A stretch of 60,088 bases of DNA from an uncultured virus (IMG/VR IMGVR_UViG_2061766007_003336). Its lineage: Duplodnaviria; Heunggongvirae; Uroviricota; Caudoviricetes. Below the pieces are notes generated by a model that saw nothing but the letters and a program-made list of their open reading frames with translations, was not told the DNA's origin and ran no database searches. Below, piece after piece: positions 28,463-37,600 of this stretch. The DNA lies in IMG/VR virus record IMGVR_UViG_2061766007_003336; one strand, written 5' to 3'. The translations under genes were made by a program, and so were the position numbers. Within the stretch, counting starts at the first letter, position 1. Each line of letters starts with the position of its first letter.

Positions 28463-29266
28463 TTAGCCGATCTGGAAAAGTTTGTCACCCTTCCGGACTT
28501 TCTGGCCCGGATTGACCAGAATATCCAGAAGGACACCTTTCTGGCCGGCCGTAACACGGCCGGACGACAGGATCAGGACTACGGTCTTCGGTGTGACTGC
28601 CTGCCCCTCGCAGGCTCTCACCTCGATGACGTTTGCGGCCTTCGTGGCGCAAACGTAACCGTTGCCCTCATCCTCAGCCTTCGGCTCTTCAGCCTTGGGT
28701 TCAGCCTTGGGTTCCGGTTCTGGCTCTGCCTTCGGCTCTTCAGCCTTGGGTTCAGCCTTGGGTTCCGGTTCTGGCTCAGCCTTCGGCTCTTCAGCCTTGG
28801 GTTCAGCCTTGGGTTCCGGTTCTGGCTCTGCCTTCGGCTCTTCAGCCTTCGGCTTTGGCTCAGCCTTGCCTCCCACTTCAACAAGTTCGTTGGCGGGAGG
28901 ATTTTTGAACAGCATCTGTGATATTGCTGTGTTTCTCGTTAAGTCGAGAAACGCGAATATCCATAACAGCACTGAGCCAACCCCCCAGCCCATGAGCCAG
29001 AGGATTCCTCCCCAGATAACCAGGGTTCCCTGGGCCAGGTATTCAACCGCCCATCTTTTAGGCGATCCTTTCTCATCGAAGACACCAGCGGTTTCTGCCA
29101 CGTCTCTAACTACTGGCAGATGCCAGTGGCAGGACAACCACATAATGACCGCTAATAATACCGCCGGGAACAAGTCCCAGCAGATCCAGGTTACCCCAAA
29201 GCCGACGCATCCGTCGACTAGTCTAAATTTTCCCAGTCTTGTGTTTACTAATTGTCTTTTTTCCAT
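28463..29266 (-). CDS. membrane protein with Pro/Glu/Lys/Ala linker and C-terminal biotinyl/lipoyl-like domain
   Basis: Two hydrophobic blocks, KAEEPKAEPEPEPKAEP repeats, C-terminal EGQAV...GVLLDILVNPGQKVRKGDKLFQIG. Confidence 0.75.
   Translation of the reverse strand: MEKRQLVNTRLGKFRLVDGCVGFGVTWICWDLFPAVLLAVIMWLSCHWHLPVVRDVAETAGVFDEKGSPKRWAVEYLAQGTLVIWGGILWLMGWGVGSVLLWIFAFLDLTRNTAISQMLFKNPPANELVEVGGKAEPKPKAEEPKAEPEPEPKAEPKAEEPKAEPEPEPKAEPKAEEPKAEPEPEPKAEPKAEEPKAEDEGNGYVCATKAANVIEVRACEGQAVTPKTVVLILSSGRVTAGQKGVLLDILVNPGQKVRKGDKLFQIG
28677..28855. repeat. 51-bp tandem repeat (~3.5 copies) encoding a 17-aa linker
   Basis: GCCTTCGGCTCTTCAGCCTTGGGTTCAGCCTTGGGTTCCGGTTCTGGCTC(T/A) units at 28677, 28728 and 28779, partial at 28830. 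Confidence 0.95.
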
Positions 29267-29300
29267 AGATCTCTCCTTCTTTTAAGTAAAATCCTTTCAA

Positions 29301-29352
29301 TTTGGGAATCTCGGGTTGTCACATCAACAACCCGTTCCCAAATATTTATACC
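29301..29352 (-). promoter_or_regulatory. GGTATAAA motif plus hairpin between the RT and the downstream gene
   Basis: TTGGGAA..CGGGTTGT/ACAACCCG-TTCCCAA hairpin adjacent to TTTATACC (29345-29352). Confidence 0.45.
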
Positions 29353-29358
29353 TAAAAT

Positions 29359-31320
29359 TTACCCGCCGTTTTGAGGCTGTTTATCCACCTTGTTCGGTTT
29401 TGGCTCGCTGCCGTCTTTGAGGCTTCTGGCATAATTGCCGCCCATGTATTTCTTTACATGGAGATACCAGTTTTTCTGCCCCTCATCAGTCTGATCCCAG
29501 GTTTTCTGACCTTTATAGACTGCGATCAGTTTCTGGTTTATTTTTCGACGATATCGCCTGGACAGTCTTACGTTTCCGTCTTTGTCCAGAATCAGGCCCA
29601 GAAGCTTGACATCAGCCTTCTCCCTGTCGAAGTTCATAATTTTCCAAGGCTTCAGCAGGTTCTTGATGCAGGCGTCTGGCGGAAGATTACGATAGACGGC
29701 TTCAGGCAGCTCACGTTTCAGTATGTTGGCCATATTAAACGGAGCATTGTAAAAGACATAGAGATTGTCGCTGTACACGATCGTCTCCATACCCGCCCAG
29801 CATTTCGGCTGACGGAAGTCTTCCAGTATGTGTCCCAGTGCGTGCTGGATCAGGCGGGAAATAGCCGCTCCGGCTAAGTTAGCTATGTCCCCGCTGAAGG
29901 ATGAGCCCTGAGGCACACCACGCTGTACCAAGGGCACATACGGTGCCACGGTTTTGTGCAGGTTTGCTATCTTCTCAAAATTCCTGGGTTTGATAATAGC
30001 ATTTTTGTATCTGACATCATGTTTGCTGACACCGTTGACCTGAAGAGATCCGTCGCATGCTTCGATGTCATAGCCTCCAAGCTCCCTCTTCCACAGCGGC
30101 AACGGTGTTGTGAACATCTCCAGCAGCCCCTGCTTTATAGTAGACAGGTCAGAGTAGTCTAAGTCAGTCAAGCGGTTCATTACTTTGACAAATCCGAGCA
30201 GCGGGGCACCTTCAAGAAACAGATAGTACAGCTGTTTCTCGGTAAGGGAGGTGCGGAACAGCGCTGCGAGCGTTGCGGGTTTTAGATTCGTAAAATAGTC
30301 CTTCAGGTCCACCTGAAGGCAGTATCTGCCTGAATTTTCGATGCTCAAATGCTTTTCTGCCAGCGTCTTGACGTAGTCTATCCCAGGGCAATAAGATAAC
30401 GTGCTGCCCCAATATTTATTCAGCGGCGTACCGCCGTCTACCAGCGGGCCGTGGTGAGCCAGAGCCTTGTGAATGGCCGCTGCTTCCGTCTTCAATCCGC
30501 CCCTCGGAGCAGAGATCAGTCTGTACCCGTCTTTACCGTGTTTAGGGATAGCCCAGTGCTTATACAGGTTATCGTACCGCGCCCACGGCTTTCCGGGAAT
30601 GCGGTAGCGTTTCAGACGGTTAAGAGTTCTGATTGCACGCATTGCAAGCGTGCGTTTCAGACTCATATACTCATAAGCAGATTGCGGCCAGGTTACATCC
30701 AGGTCATAGATCATCAGAAGTTCTGCTGCTGAGACTGACGCCTTGCAGACCTGCTTTACCGACGGTCCCGACAGTACCATGACAGTATCGACATCCTGCA
30801 TGCGGTCCACCAGCACGGTAACGGCACCGTTGTCTGTATTGAACTGTATTGAGAACCACCGCTGTGCAAGCAGATATTCCGCTTCTCGTGACGGCAGGGA
30901 CAGGATCAGCACCGAATCCGTAAACCTGAGGTAACCGTGGTTGTATTGCGTCGTGATGAGCACAGTTTCTGCGTCCGGTTTTTTCAGTTCTGCGGAATCT
31001 ATAGACTCTCCGCGTCTGCGGTAACTCCAGCTGTAGGAGGTTACCGGACCCTTTTTCGGTACTACCATGCGCCAGTAGCCGCTCTTGGCTACAACAGGCA
31101 TATCCTGCCTGTCGATATCGGTGTGGATCTCGATATCATTGCAGTTCCATATGATAGACAGCATGGACCCGTCCTCACTGTGTCTGGTCCTAAGCGGACG
31201 CAGTTCTACCTCCCAGTCTCTGTGACACGGGTCTGTAGGAAGAGTATACGCAGCACACGTGTCCGACGCTCTGTAAGCTGCTTCTACCGCAGCACGTTTA
31301 AACCAGTTAATCCTGCTCAT
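29359..31320 (-). CDS. retron-like reverse transcriptase (653 aa) with long N-terminal extension and YSDN motif
   Basis: IPKHGKDGYRLISAPRGGLK, SYCPG...LAEKH, LQVDLKDYF, GVPQGSSFSGDIANL, IVYSDNLYV, KLLGLIL...VRLSRRYRRKI, in canonical RT order. Confidence 0.9.
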   Translation of the reverse strand: MSRINWFKRAAVEAAYRASDTCAAYTLPTDPCHRDWEVELRPLRTRHSEDGSMLSIIWNCNDIEIHTDIDRQDMPVVAKSGYWRMVVPKKGPVTSYSWSYRRRGESIDSAELKKPDAETVLITTQYNHGYLRFTDSVLILSLPSREAEYLLAQRWFSIQFNTDNGAVTVLVDRMQDVDTVMVLSGPSVKQVCKASVSAAELLMIYDLDVTWPQSAYEYMSLKRTLAMRAIRTLNRLKRYRIPGKPWARYDNLYKHWAIPKHGKDGYRLISAPRGGLKTEAAAIHKALAHHGPLVDGGTPLNKYWGSTLSYCPGIDYVKTLAEKHLSIENSGRYCLQVDLKDYFTNLKPATLAALFRTSLTEKQLYYLFLEGAPLLGFVKVMNRLTDLDYSDLSTIKQGLLEMFTTPLPLWKRELGGYDIEACDGSLQVNGVSKHDVRYKNAIIKPRNFEKIANLHKTVAPYVPLVQRGVPQGSSFSGDIANLAGAAISRLIQHALGHILEDFRQPKCWAGMETIVYSDNLYVFYNAPFNMANILKRELPEAVYRNLPPDACIKNLLKPWKIMNFDREKADVKLLGLILDKDGNVRLSRRYRRKINQKLIAVYKGQKTWDQTDEGQKNWYLHVKKYMGGNYARSLKDGSEPKPNKVDKQPQNGG

Positions 31321-31837
31321 CTGACACCTCCTGCATACCTCCGATCATAGCGTTGATTCCTCTCATTTCTTCTTCAGCAGCCCTATCGAGGTCTTCAGCC
31401 TTAGCATCCGGCTTTTCCGGACCGGAATTACGCACCCTGCAGTTGTGGCGGTGTGCATCAAGGAATACGCTGAAATCGATTGTACATTCGTCAGCGTCGG
31501 TGCCCTGGTCGAGACACACATGGGTCAGACTCGAGAATTTTGTTCTGCAGTTCTTTATGTGTGCAACATAAAGGCTGCTGTCGGATACTTCCGAGTTTTC
31601 CGCAATGCAGGCTTTCAGTTTCGAAAACCATATGTTAGATCCGTTAAGGCCGCAGTTGTTGAGCTTCGATTCAAATACTCTGCAGCTGATCAGATCAGCA
31701 TACGTGAGCTCACATTTGTTGAACTCACAGTTCCTGAATACCAGCGGAGCCGGCGGAAAGGTCACTTTTTCAAACCTGAGATCCGAATACTCCGTTACAG
31801 CGGGGTCGCTGTGGAAATCACTTGAGATTGTTTGCAT
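31307..31837 (-). CDS. pentapeptide-repeat-like (beta-helix) protein overlapping the RT start
   Basis: 5-residue periodicity FRNCE-FNKCE-LTYAD-LISCR-VFESK-LNNCG-LNGSN; GGAGGAG RBS; 14-bp overlap with the RT. Confidence 0.75.
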   Translation of the reverse strand: MQTISSDFHSDPAVTEYSDLRFEKVTFPPAPLVFRNCEFNKCELTYADLISCRVFESKLNNCGLNGSNIWFSKLKACIAENSEVSDSSLYVAHIKNCRTKFSSLTHVCLDQGTDADECTIDFSVFLDAHRHNCRVRNSGPEKPDAKAEDLDRAAEEEMRGINAMIGGMQEVSDEQD

Positions 31838-31875
31838 CTGTCTCCTCCAAGATTAGCGTTACTAATTTTGTGACC

Positions 31876-31912
31876 GAAACCCTTGTTTCTGTCTTTACAA
31901 GTACTTATGACA
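31876..31912 (-). promoter_or_regulatory. recurring TGTCATAAGTA motif upstream of the pentapeptide-RT operon
   Basis: TACTTATGACA at 31902-31912 with a short adjacent hairpin (CTTGT/ACAAG). Confidence 0.6.
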
Positions 31913-32152
31913 ATTTTTCGACTGGCAGCCTCTAAAGGTGTTCCGCCTCTTACGGGGCGGAACGGGCTGTTTTCATCATTTTTTTAGGAGTTCCGGCAGG
32001 ATCTAAACACGGATACCGGAATTAGTCAAGAGGAAACGTACTGGAATCCGAAATCCCGGTCAGACTTGAAAATGATTCTATATCATCATATAATAAGGCT
32101 GTGTCCGTGCAGGACTGTTGTGGATTTAGACAGTGAGGCGATCAGACGAAAA

Positions 32153-32890
32153 ATGACAACTACGATCAAGCACGTCAGAGACGTAAACAACTTTATAAGA
32201 GAAGCTATTACGAAGGGTACAGATCTTCAGGATCCGGCAGCGAGAGACGCTCTGATCAGAAGTTTTCTGTCAGACTGCCTTCCTGCAGGGTGCAGGATGA
32301 TGACACCCGAGCTTTTCCTTTTTTTCCTCCAGAAGCTGAATGCCCACGCACTCTACGAGAGTTTCGACAATGCGTCTTACACGATCGTGTTCCCGACGTA
32401 TATTCCGTTCGACATCGCAGCTGTAGCGGAAACATACGGCTACCCGGACATTTTCAAAAGAGTTGAACGCAACCTTATGGACCGTCAGGCGAAAGTCGGA
32501 ACTACCAAGACTGCTGCCAGGATCTTCAATGATCTCGGTGGCGTTGACTACATGGACAAGGTTGCCAGCTACAACAGTACTGCTACAGACCAGAAACAGT
32601 TCTCCAGGATGCGTGATCTAGCAGAGTTCGACAAACGTGCCGAGATCCGTGACCTGAGATCGGAAGTCGGCAGGATGTACTGGACGTATTCCAACCTTGA
32701 GGACTTCACCAAGCTCGAGGCGTTCCGCTGCAATCCTCACTGGGCTCCGCTGTTCGACGATATCAAGTCCCATACTCCTATCATGGGAGGCAAAGACAAG
32801 ACTGCAACTCTCCGTGACTATAACAGGCTCACGGAGCTCCTGGATAAAATCGACGGTCTTGAGCATACCGGAACAGGGAGAAAAGGTTAA
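32153..32890 (+). CDS. hypothetical protein
   Basis: Long ORF; start moved to MTTTIK. Confidence 0.7.
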   Translation: MTTTIKHVRDVNNFIREAITKGTDLQDPAARDALIRSFLSDCLPAGCRMMTPELFLFFLQKLNAHALYESFDNASYTIVFPTYIPFDIAAVAETYGYPDIFKRVERNLMDRQAKVGTTKTAARIFNDLGGVDYMDKVASYNSTATDQKQFSRMRDLAEFDKRAEIRDLRSEVGRMYWTYSNLEDFTKLEAFRCNPHWAPLFDDIKSHTPIMGGKDKTATLRDYNRLTELLDKIDGLEHTGTGRKG

Positions 32891-33690
32891 TGATAATTGT
32901 TCCTGAGAAGTCCCCGACGTCATCCAATCCTGAGCTGATTCCGATCCGTATGATCCTTGAGACCAGACTCGATGCCCTGGCACTTTTTCTCAGAGTGTTC
33001 AGATACCTGGGTCAGAAAGGGGCCTGGGGCGACAAGCTCAGATGGAGTGATGATCCCGAGAGTGAAGGCATCTACATAGCCAAGTATTCTTCAAATTCGA
33101 CAGGCAAGGACGCTAACCCGCTTCCCGCTATTCTCCTGGGAATCGGCGGATACCAGACCGGAGAACAGTTTCTCTCACAGTCCGCAGTTGATATCAATCA
33201 GACTGAAGGCACTACCAAGATGACCCGGGTCAGCACAGGAGTATCCGTATCGGTAAGGGCGCAGAACGAGCAGCAGGCGTACTTTATCGCTGATACCACG
33301 TCGTTGCTGCTGGATGCCGTCAAGCCCGAGATAACGGCTGCAGCCCTGAACCTTGACTATATGTCCGGGATCAATGTAGGGCCGGTGAATAAGCTGACTG
33401 ATCCGTCGGGCAACCCGTATCTGTGGGAGTGCAATCTGAGCTTCAATATTGTAGTCAACAGATTTTTCAACATAAAAAAATACGCAGGATTTAAGTCACC
33501 CGATCCGGCTGTAGACGAAGACGGTCTGCATCTCGGTATGGCCGGAGAAGTTAAGAGAAAAAATTACAAGGAAGACCGGCCGATGCTGGCCCTGGCAGAT
33601 TTCAGGGCTACTGTTGACGGGATCGAGGAAGTTGACGGCGAACCGTATGTAACTGTCTTTGAGACCAGTATCTACAATCCTCCGCGCTAA
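32890..33690 (+). CDS. hypothetical protein, possibly tail terminator/completion-like
   Basis: LPAILL...VSVSVRAQNEQQAYFIAD pattern; weak similarity by eye only. Confidence 0.6.
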   Translation: MIIVPEKSPTSSNPELIPIRMILETRLDALALFLRVFRYLGQKGAWGDKLRWSDDPESEGIYIAKYSSNSTGKDANPLPAILLGIGGYQTGEQFLSQSAVDINQTEGTTKMTRVSTGVSVSVRAQNEQQAYFIADTTSLLLDAVKPEITAAALNLDYMSGINVGPVNKLTDPSGNPYLWECNLSFNIVVNRFFNIKKYAGFKSPDPAVDEDGLHLGMAGEVKRKNYKEDRPMLALADFRATVDGIEEVDGEPYVTVFETSIYNPPR

Positions 33691-33695
33691 CTTTT

Positions 33696-33734
33696 AAAAA
33701 AAAAGAAAAGGGAGACGACTTGTCATCTCCCTTT
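33696..33734 (-). terminator. intrinsic terminator of a leftward non-coding transcript
   Basis: AAAGGGAGATGAC-AA-GTCGTCTCCCTTT then TC and T9 on the minus strand. Confidence 0.8.
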
Positions 33735-34140
33735 CCGGTTTTCCCCTTTGCACAGGGTTGTCGCGGATCCTACCCCGCGAACTGCTCGGGCTGTGCGGGC
33801 CTTCGCAGACGACCTGTTTGCAACCAGGCCGTACGCCTTATACCCTCCATTGGAGCTCCACAGGCCGACGCTTCCTGTGTTGCTCATGCACTAGGGCGGT
33901 ACCACCCGTCATCCGAATCCGCCGATACCAGAGTGCACTTCCGATATGGCGGCCTAGAGCCCTGTGTGTGTGGTGTCGCATCAATAGGCGGCATCCATAC
34001 CTCTACAACCCCTGCTCCCCGACTCTCTAGGTTGCTGTCGGTTTGCAAAGCCACCCACCGGTCTTATACCAGTGGTTTCCAGGATTGCAGAGCTGAGGTT
34101 AACCTCAGCGTACTAAGCTAGGCGGCTTGACCTACGCCCA
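33696..34140 (-). ncRNA. putative ~440-nt structured ncRNA, family unknown
   Basis: Bounded by TGTCATAA (34146-34153) and the terminator. Many stems with G-U pairs on the minus strand. Perfect palindrome GCTGAGGTTAACCTCAGC at 34092-34109. Confidence 0.7.
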
Positions 34141-34179
34141 TTTTTTTATGACATGTTTTCTGAAATATTTTGAGAGGGA

Positions 34180-34490
34180 ATTGTGCGGTGAAGCGCAGCT
34201 TCTTTGACCTGTCGGTCCGTCGGATTATACGGACATAGGCGGCGCCGCACGCGCCTGTACACTCATTCGGACTTGTAGGCCCGGGCCGCTGACGCAGGAC
34301 AAGAAGTACATCCCGGAAGGTGAGTTATGGAGCACCCTCCCGCCGCAGAGGTGTTGGAGCACGTGCGGAGCGGCACGACGCGATGAGCGATACCGCGTGG
34401 AGAAGGAGAGCATGCGGAGTCCCGAAAGCACAACGCAGAGACAGCACAAGAGAACCCTTTCTCTCCACTGACGGCCTTCTCCGTGACCGT
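34180..34490 (-). ncRNA. putative second structured ncRNA (~310 nt); strand uncertain
   Basis: GC-rich non-coding stretch with several stems, downstream of GGTATAAG (34495-34502) plus a hairpin. Confidence 0.45.
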
Positions 34491-34615
34491 GTTTCTTATA
34501 CCTGATTCGAATTAAAAAATCACTTTTTCACGGAACTTTTCTTCCGGCCGTTTTCTTGTCTTTCCTACTCCTATATATATAATGGGGCGTTATTGAGTTT
34601 TTGAGGGAGACTGCA

Positions 34616-37600
34616 GTGGGACCGTTCGATTCCGAAAAGATTAAAGGAACTTTCAGCAAGGATATTTCAGAAGTCAGACAGAACGACGTATGGTCATCGG
34701 CAACGATCAATAATTTCGTCAGGACCGTGTATGATTTGTTCAGAATGGAGTCGGCGTACAGGCTGACCTATAAAAATTCCGGCCAGGAGATCGGGGAGCG
34801 GCTGCTCAAGGATTTTGACGGCAGCAGTCCGGATTATCCTTCTCCGTCTCACCGCCCGTTTGCTATGATCCCGGATCTGCATTTCAGTGTTCAGCAGGAT
34901 GAAGGCGGCCAGTCAGGCTATATTAAGGTTACTCCGGTGTTACGGCCGATGCCTGGTGACGCTGAGGATGACTCCGTCTTTACTCACAACGATCGCGACA
35001 ATGAGCAGCGCTACAGATTGTTTTACGGCACCGGGGATGTCTCTCAGGACGTAAAGCCATATTCAATGTTCCGTTATCCCCGGACTTCCTCAGGAGAGGA
35101 GAGTGTTCCGGGAACAGGAACTGCTGCAGAGGATAATTACTGCATTATCACTTATCAGTGCGGTGCTGATAGCGCTGGTTATGGAGGGTCAGGGTCTGTG
35201 ACTCCGAAGTATTCCAGAATGGTTGAGATAGTCTGTATCTATGACCCTGGTATCAGTGAGGGGAACAGTGTTATTACCGTCGAGCGGGCTACTGATATGC
35301 CTCACACTCTGCCTCCGGTAAAGTTTACGTTTACGTTTGGAAAATCGGTTACAGTGCAGAACTTTGCAGACAGGCTTAACGGTCTGGTTTACGGGGAAGG
35401 GGCCCCTGACAAGATATTCATTGCCCGTTTGGCAGGAGATACCGGCGAGGCTAACGACGCCACTCTTCTCGAAGCCTTATTCGATGGAGACGAGGCGACG
35501 CGGCAAGTCAGAGTGCTGAGGTTTGTTCCCGTACGGTCCTGCATATCTTTCCATCCTGCACCTGGCGGAGGTGATACTTTGGATTTAGTTTCCATTGAAA
35601 GTCTGACGGGCAGGGGCGACAACTTTGGAACCATAAGTCTTACCGAATATGATGGAACCTGGGAAACAGGCGCTGTCTTTAGACATACGGGAACGTACGG
35701 CTTTATCATAAAGAACAAAATCAACGAAGCTCCGAGTATTGAGTATGCCTCAACTCTGCCGCTGGTTTATATTCCGAACAAAGTCAATACAGAGCATTAT
35801 GAGCCGGTAGTTACTGATTCAGAGCCGACCACGCCCGTCTCTCTCCCTGCCTGGTATGAGGATATGAGCAGCAAAAAGATCACTATGGCTGATACAACGG
35901 ACTTCAGTTCGGATTACTTTTTTGTTCCGTACATCACAATCACGGACAGAACGATCGAAATTGCAGGCTTTAGTATCGATATTGACACTCTGCTGCTTTA
36001 TGAAGAGTTGACAGCTGCGGTTATCCCTGGGCCTTACATGCCAAAACTCGAGGAGTCTAAGGTTCTGTATGATTCGTATAAGTCGTTTAGTAATAAGCCG
36101 TCCAGAAAAAGACTGACTGATAAGGCTGCTACCGTTTTCCAGGAAATGCAACCGGCGGTCAATCCTGATTTACTAAGCGGATCTGAAGATATTGAACTAG
36201 GTTCGTCACAGGCGCTTGGTTTAGGTGCAAATAAAAAACTTAAAGGCGACGGTGCGGTAAAGTCTTTCGCACTTGACCGTACTCTGCAGATGATGCTCGG
36301 TCTGAACTGGAAACTGAATGATATTATCTGGATCGACCCGTTGCTGCTTGGAAGGCCTGATTATGAGGACCGTCAGCGCCACATGTACGGATCTGTTGCG
36401 CGTGCTATCGAGGACGATGCGAAGTGGGGCAGAGGAAGTCTGATACGTCCCACAACGGTGTTTATCCATGTGACTGACGCAGAAGACGACAGCCCTGCTT
36501 ACTCGAATGATCCTGAAGACAGCACCTACCAGAGCGAGGCGTCGTCACCACGGCGTAACATGTGGCGGGAAATCTATGCCGACTACCTTCCTGAAGGAGT
36601 CCGCCATCTTGCATTGCGTGCGACAGTCAGCAGTAGGGAGTCTGCTATAACTCAGCCCGGATTCGGGCTTGATTTCGCCTATGGAAAGACCAATCTGTAT
36701 CTTAGAGTGATTCAGCACCCTGCATTATTCAGTACAGTTGCTTCAAACTGTTGGGAGCATGACTCTACAGTCAGTGACGGCACTGGGATGAAGCATTTGA
36801 TCTGTCATACAGACCTGTATCAGCAGAGTAGCGGCAGTCAGGCTTTTCCAGGGTTCGGCGACATTGATCTTAACGTAGACTACCACCCGCTTAAAGGGCA
36901 GGATTTTTCCGGGGTTCGCCACGTCTGTATAGATGATATGTATGCCGGACGTCGTGTACCGAATAAAATTCCTAACAACAAAGTCCGTTTGTCAGGCATT
37001 AAAGCACATACCCTGACCTATATACCGAGAGCTTTCTGTTTTGACGGCTCAAAGTATGCAGCACAAGGCCTGACTTGTCTTAAGTCCTCTCCGTCAGATA
37101 CCTGGGAAGAATACGGAAACTATATTAAGATCCCTGGAACAGACGCTGCTGGGATACCGGATGGCGGGCGCTTGGATTGGGTCGGGTTTAACCGTGAGGT
37201 TATAATAGACCAGGACTGCGCGATAATGTCTGTTGATATGTCTATAGATGTTACAGCGGAAGGATGTACACCTAGCAGTCGGGTCATCACGGGTAGCTGT
37301 ATTTCTTATCTTAATTTTAACGCCAGCATTCCTACTATCAGACTAGTTCACGGACGCATGGATGTTTCTTACCCGCAGGGTGGTGATTCTTCATCGTGCC
37401 CGGTTACGATTCCAGCAGCCGGACAGCTTATGTTATGGAGGAGCGATTCAGGCTCTACCTGTACAGCGGATGTTACAATGCTACAGATAATGAACCGCAA
37501 AGCATCTCATGGAGGCGATAACACTGTGGTGTTTACTCCGGTAGCATGGCCGTTCAGGATTTCGGTTACCGGGCAGCTGATGTCTCCGTTTGCTCCAGCG

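Noticed and set aside
28677..28855. 51-bp repeats near the RT as a CRISPR-like array
   Set aside because: Head-to-tail copies without spacers that encode a protein linker.
29280..31400. Group II intron around the RT
   Set aside because: No domain V/VI-like sequence after the ORF and no room for intron RNA upstream, where a gene overlaps the start.
31840..32065. Classical retron msr-msd directly upstream of the RT operon
   Set aside because: Only a short leader and one hairpin (GTTCCGCC/GGCGGAAC near 31941-31962) are present. No a1/a2 inverted repeats enclosing a long msd stem were found.
33720..34505. Short ORFs in the second non-coding region, or tRNA/tmRNA/RNase P identity
   Set aside because: The ORFs lack an RBS and protein-like composition; no T-loop/CCA, tmRNA ends or RNase P conserved motifs were seen.
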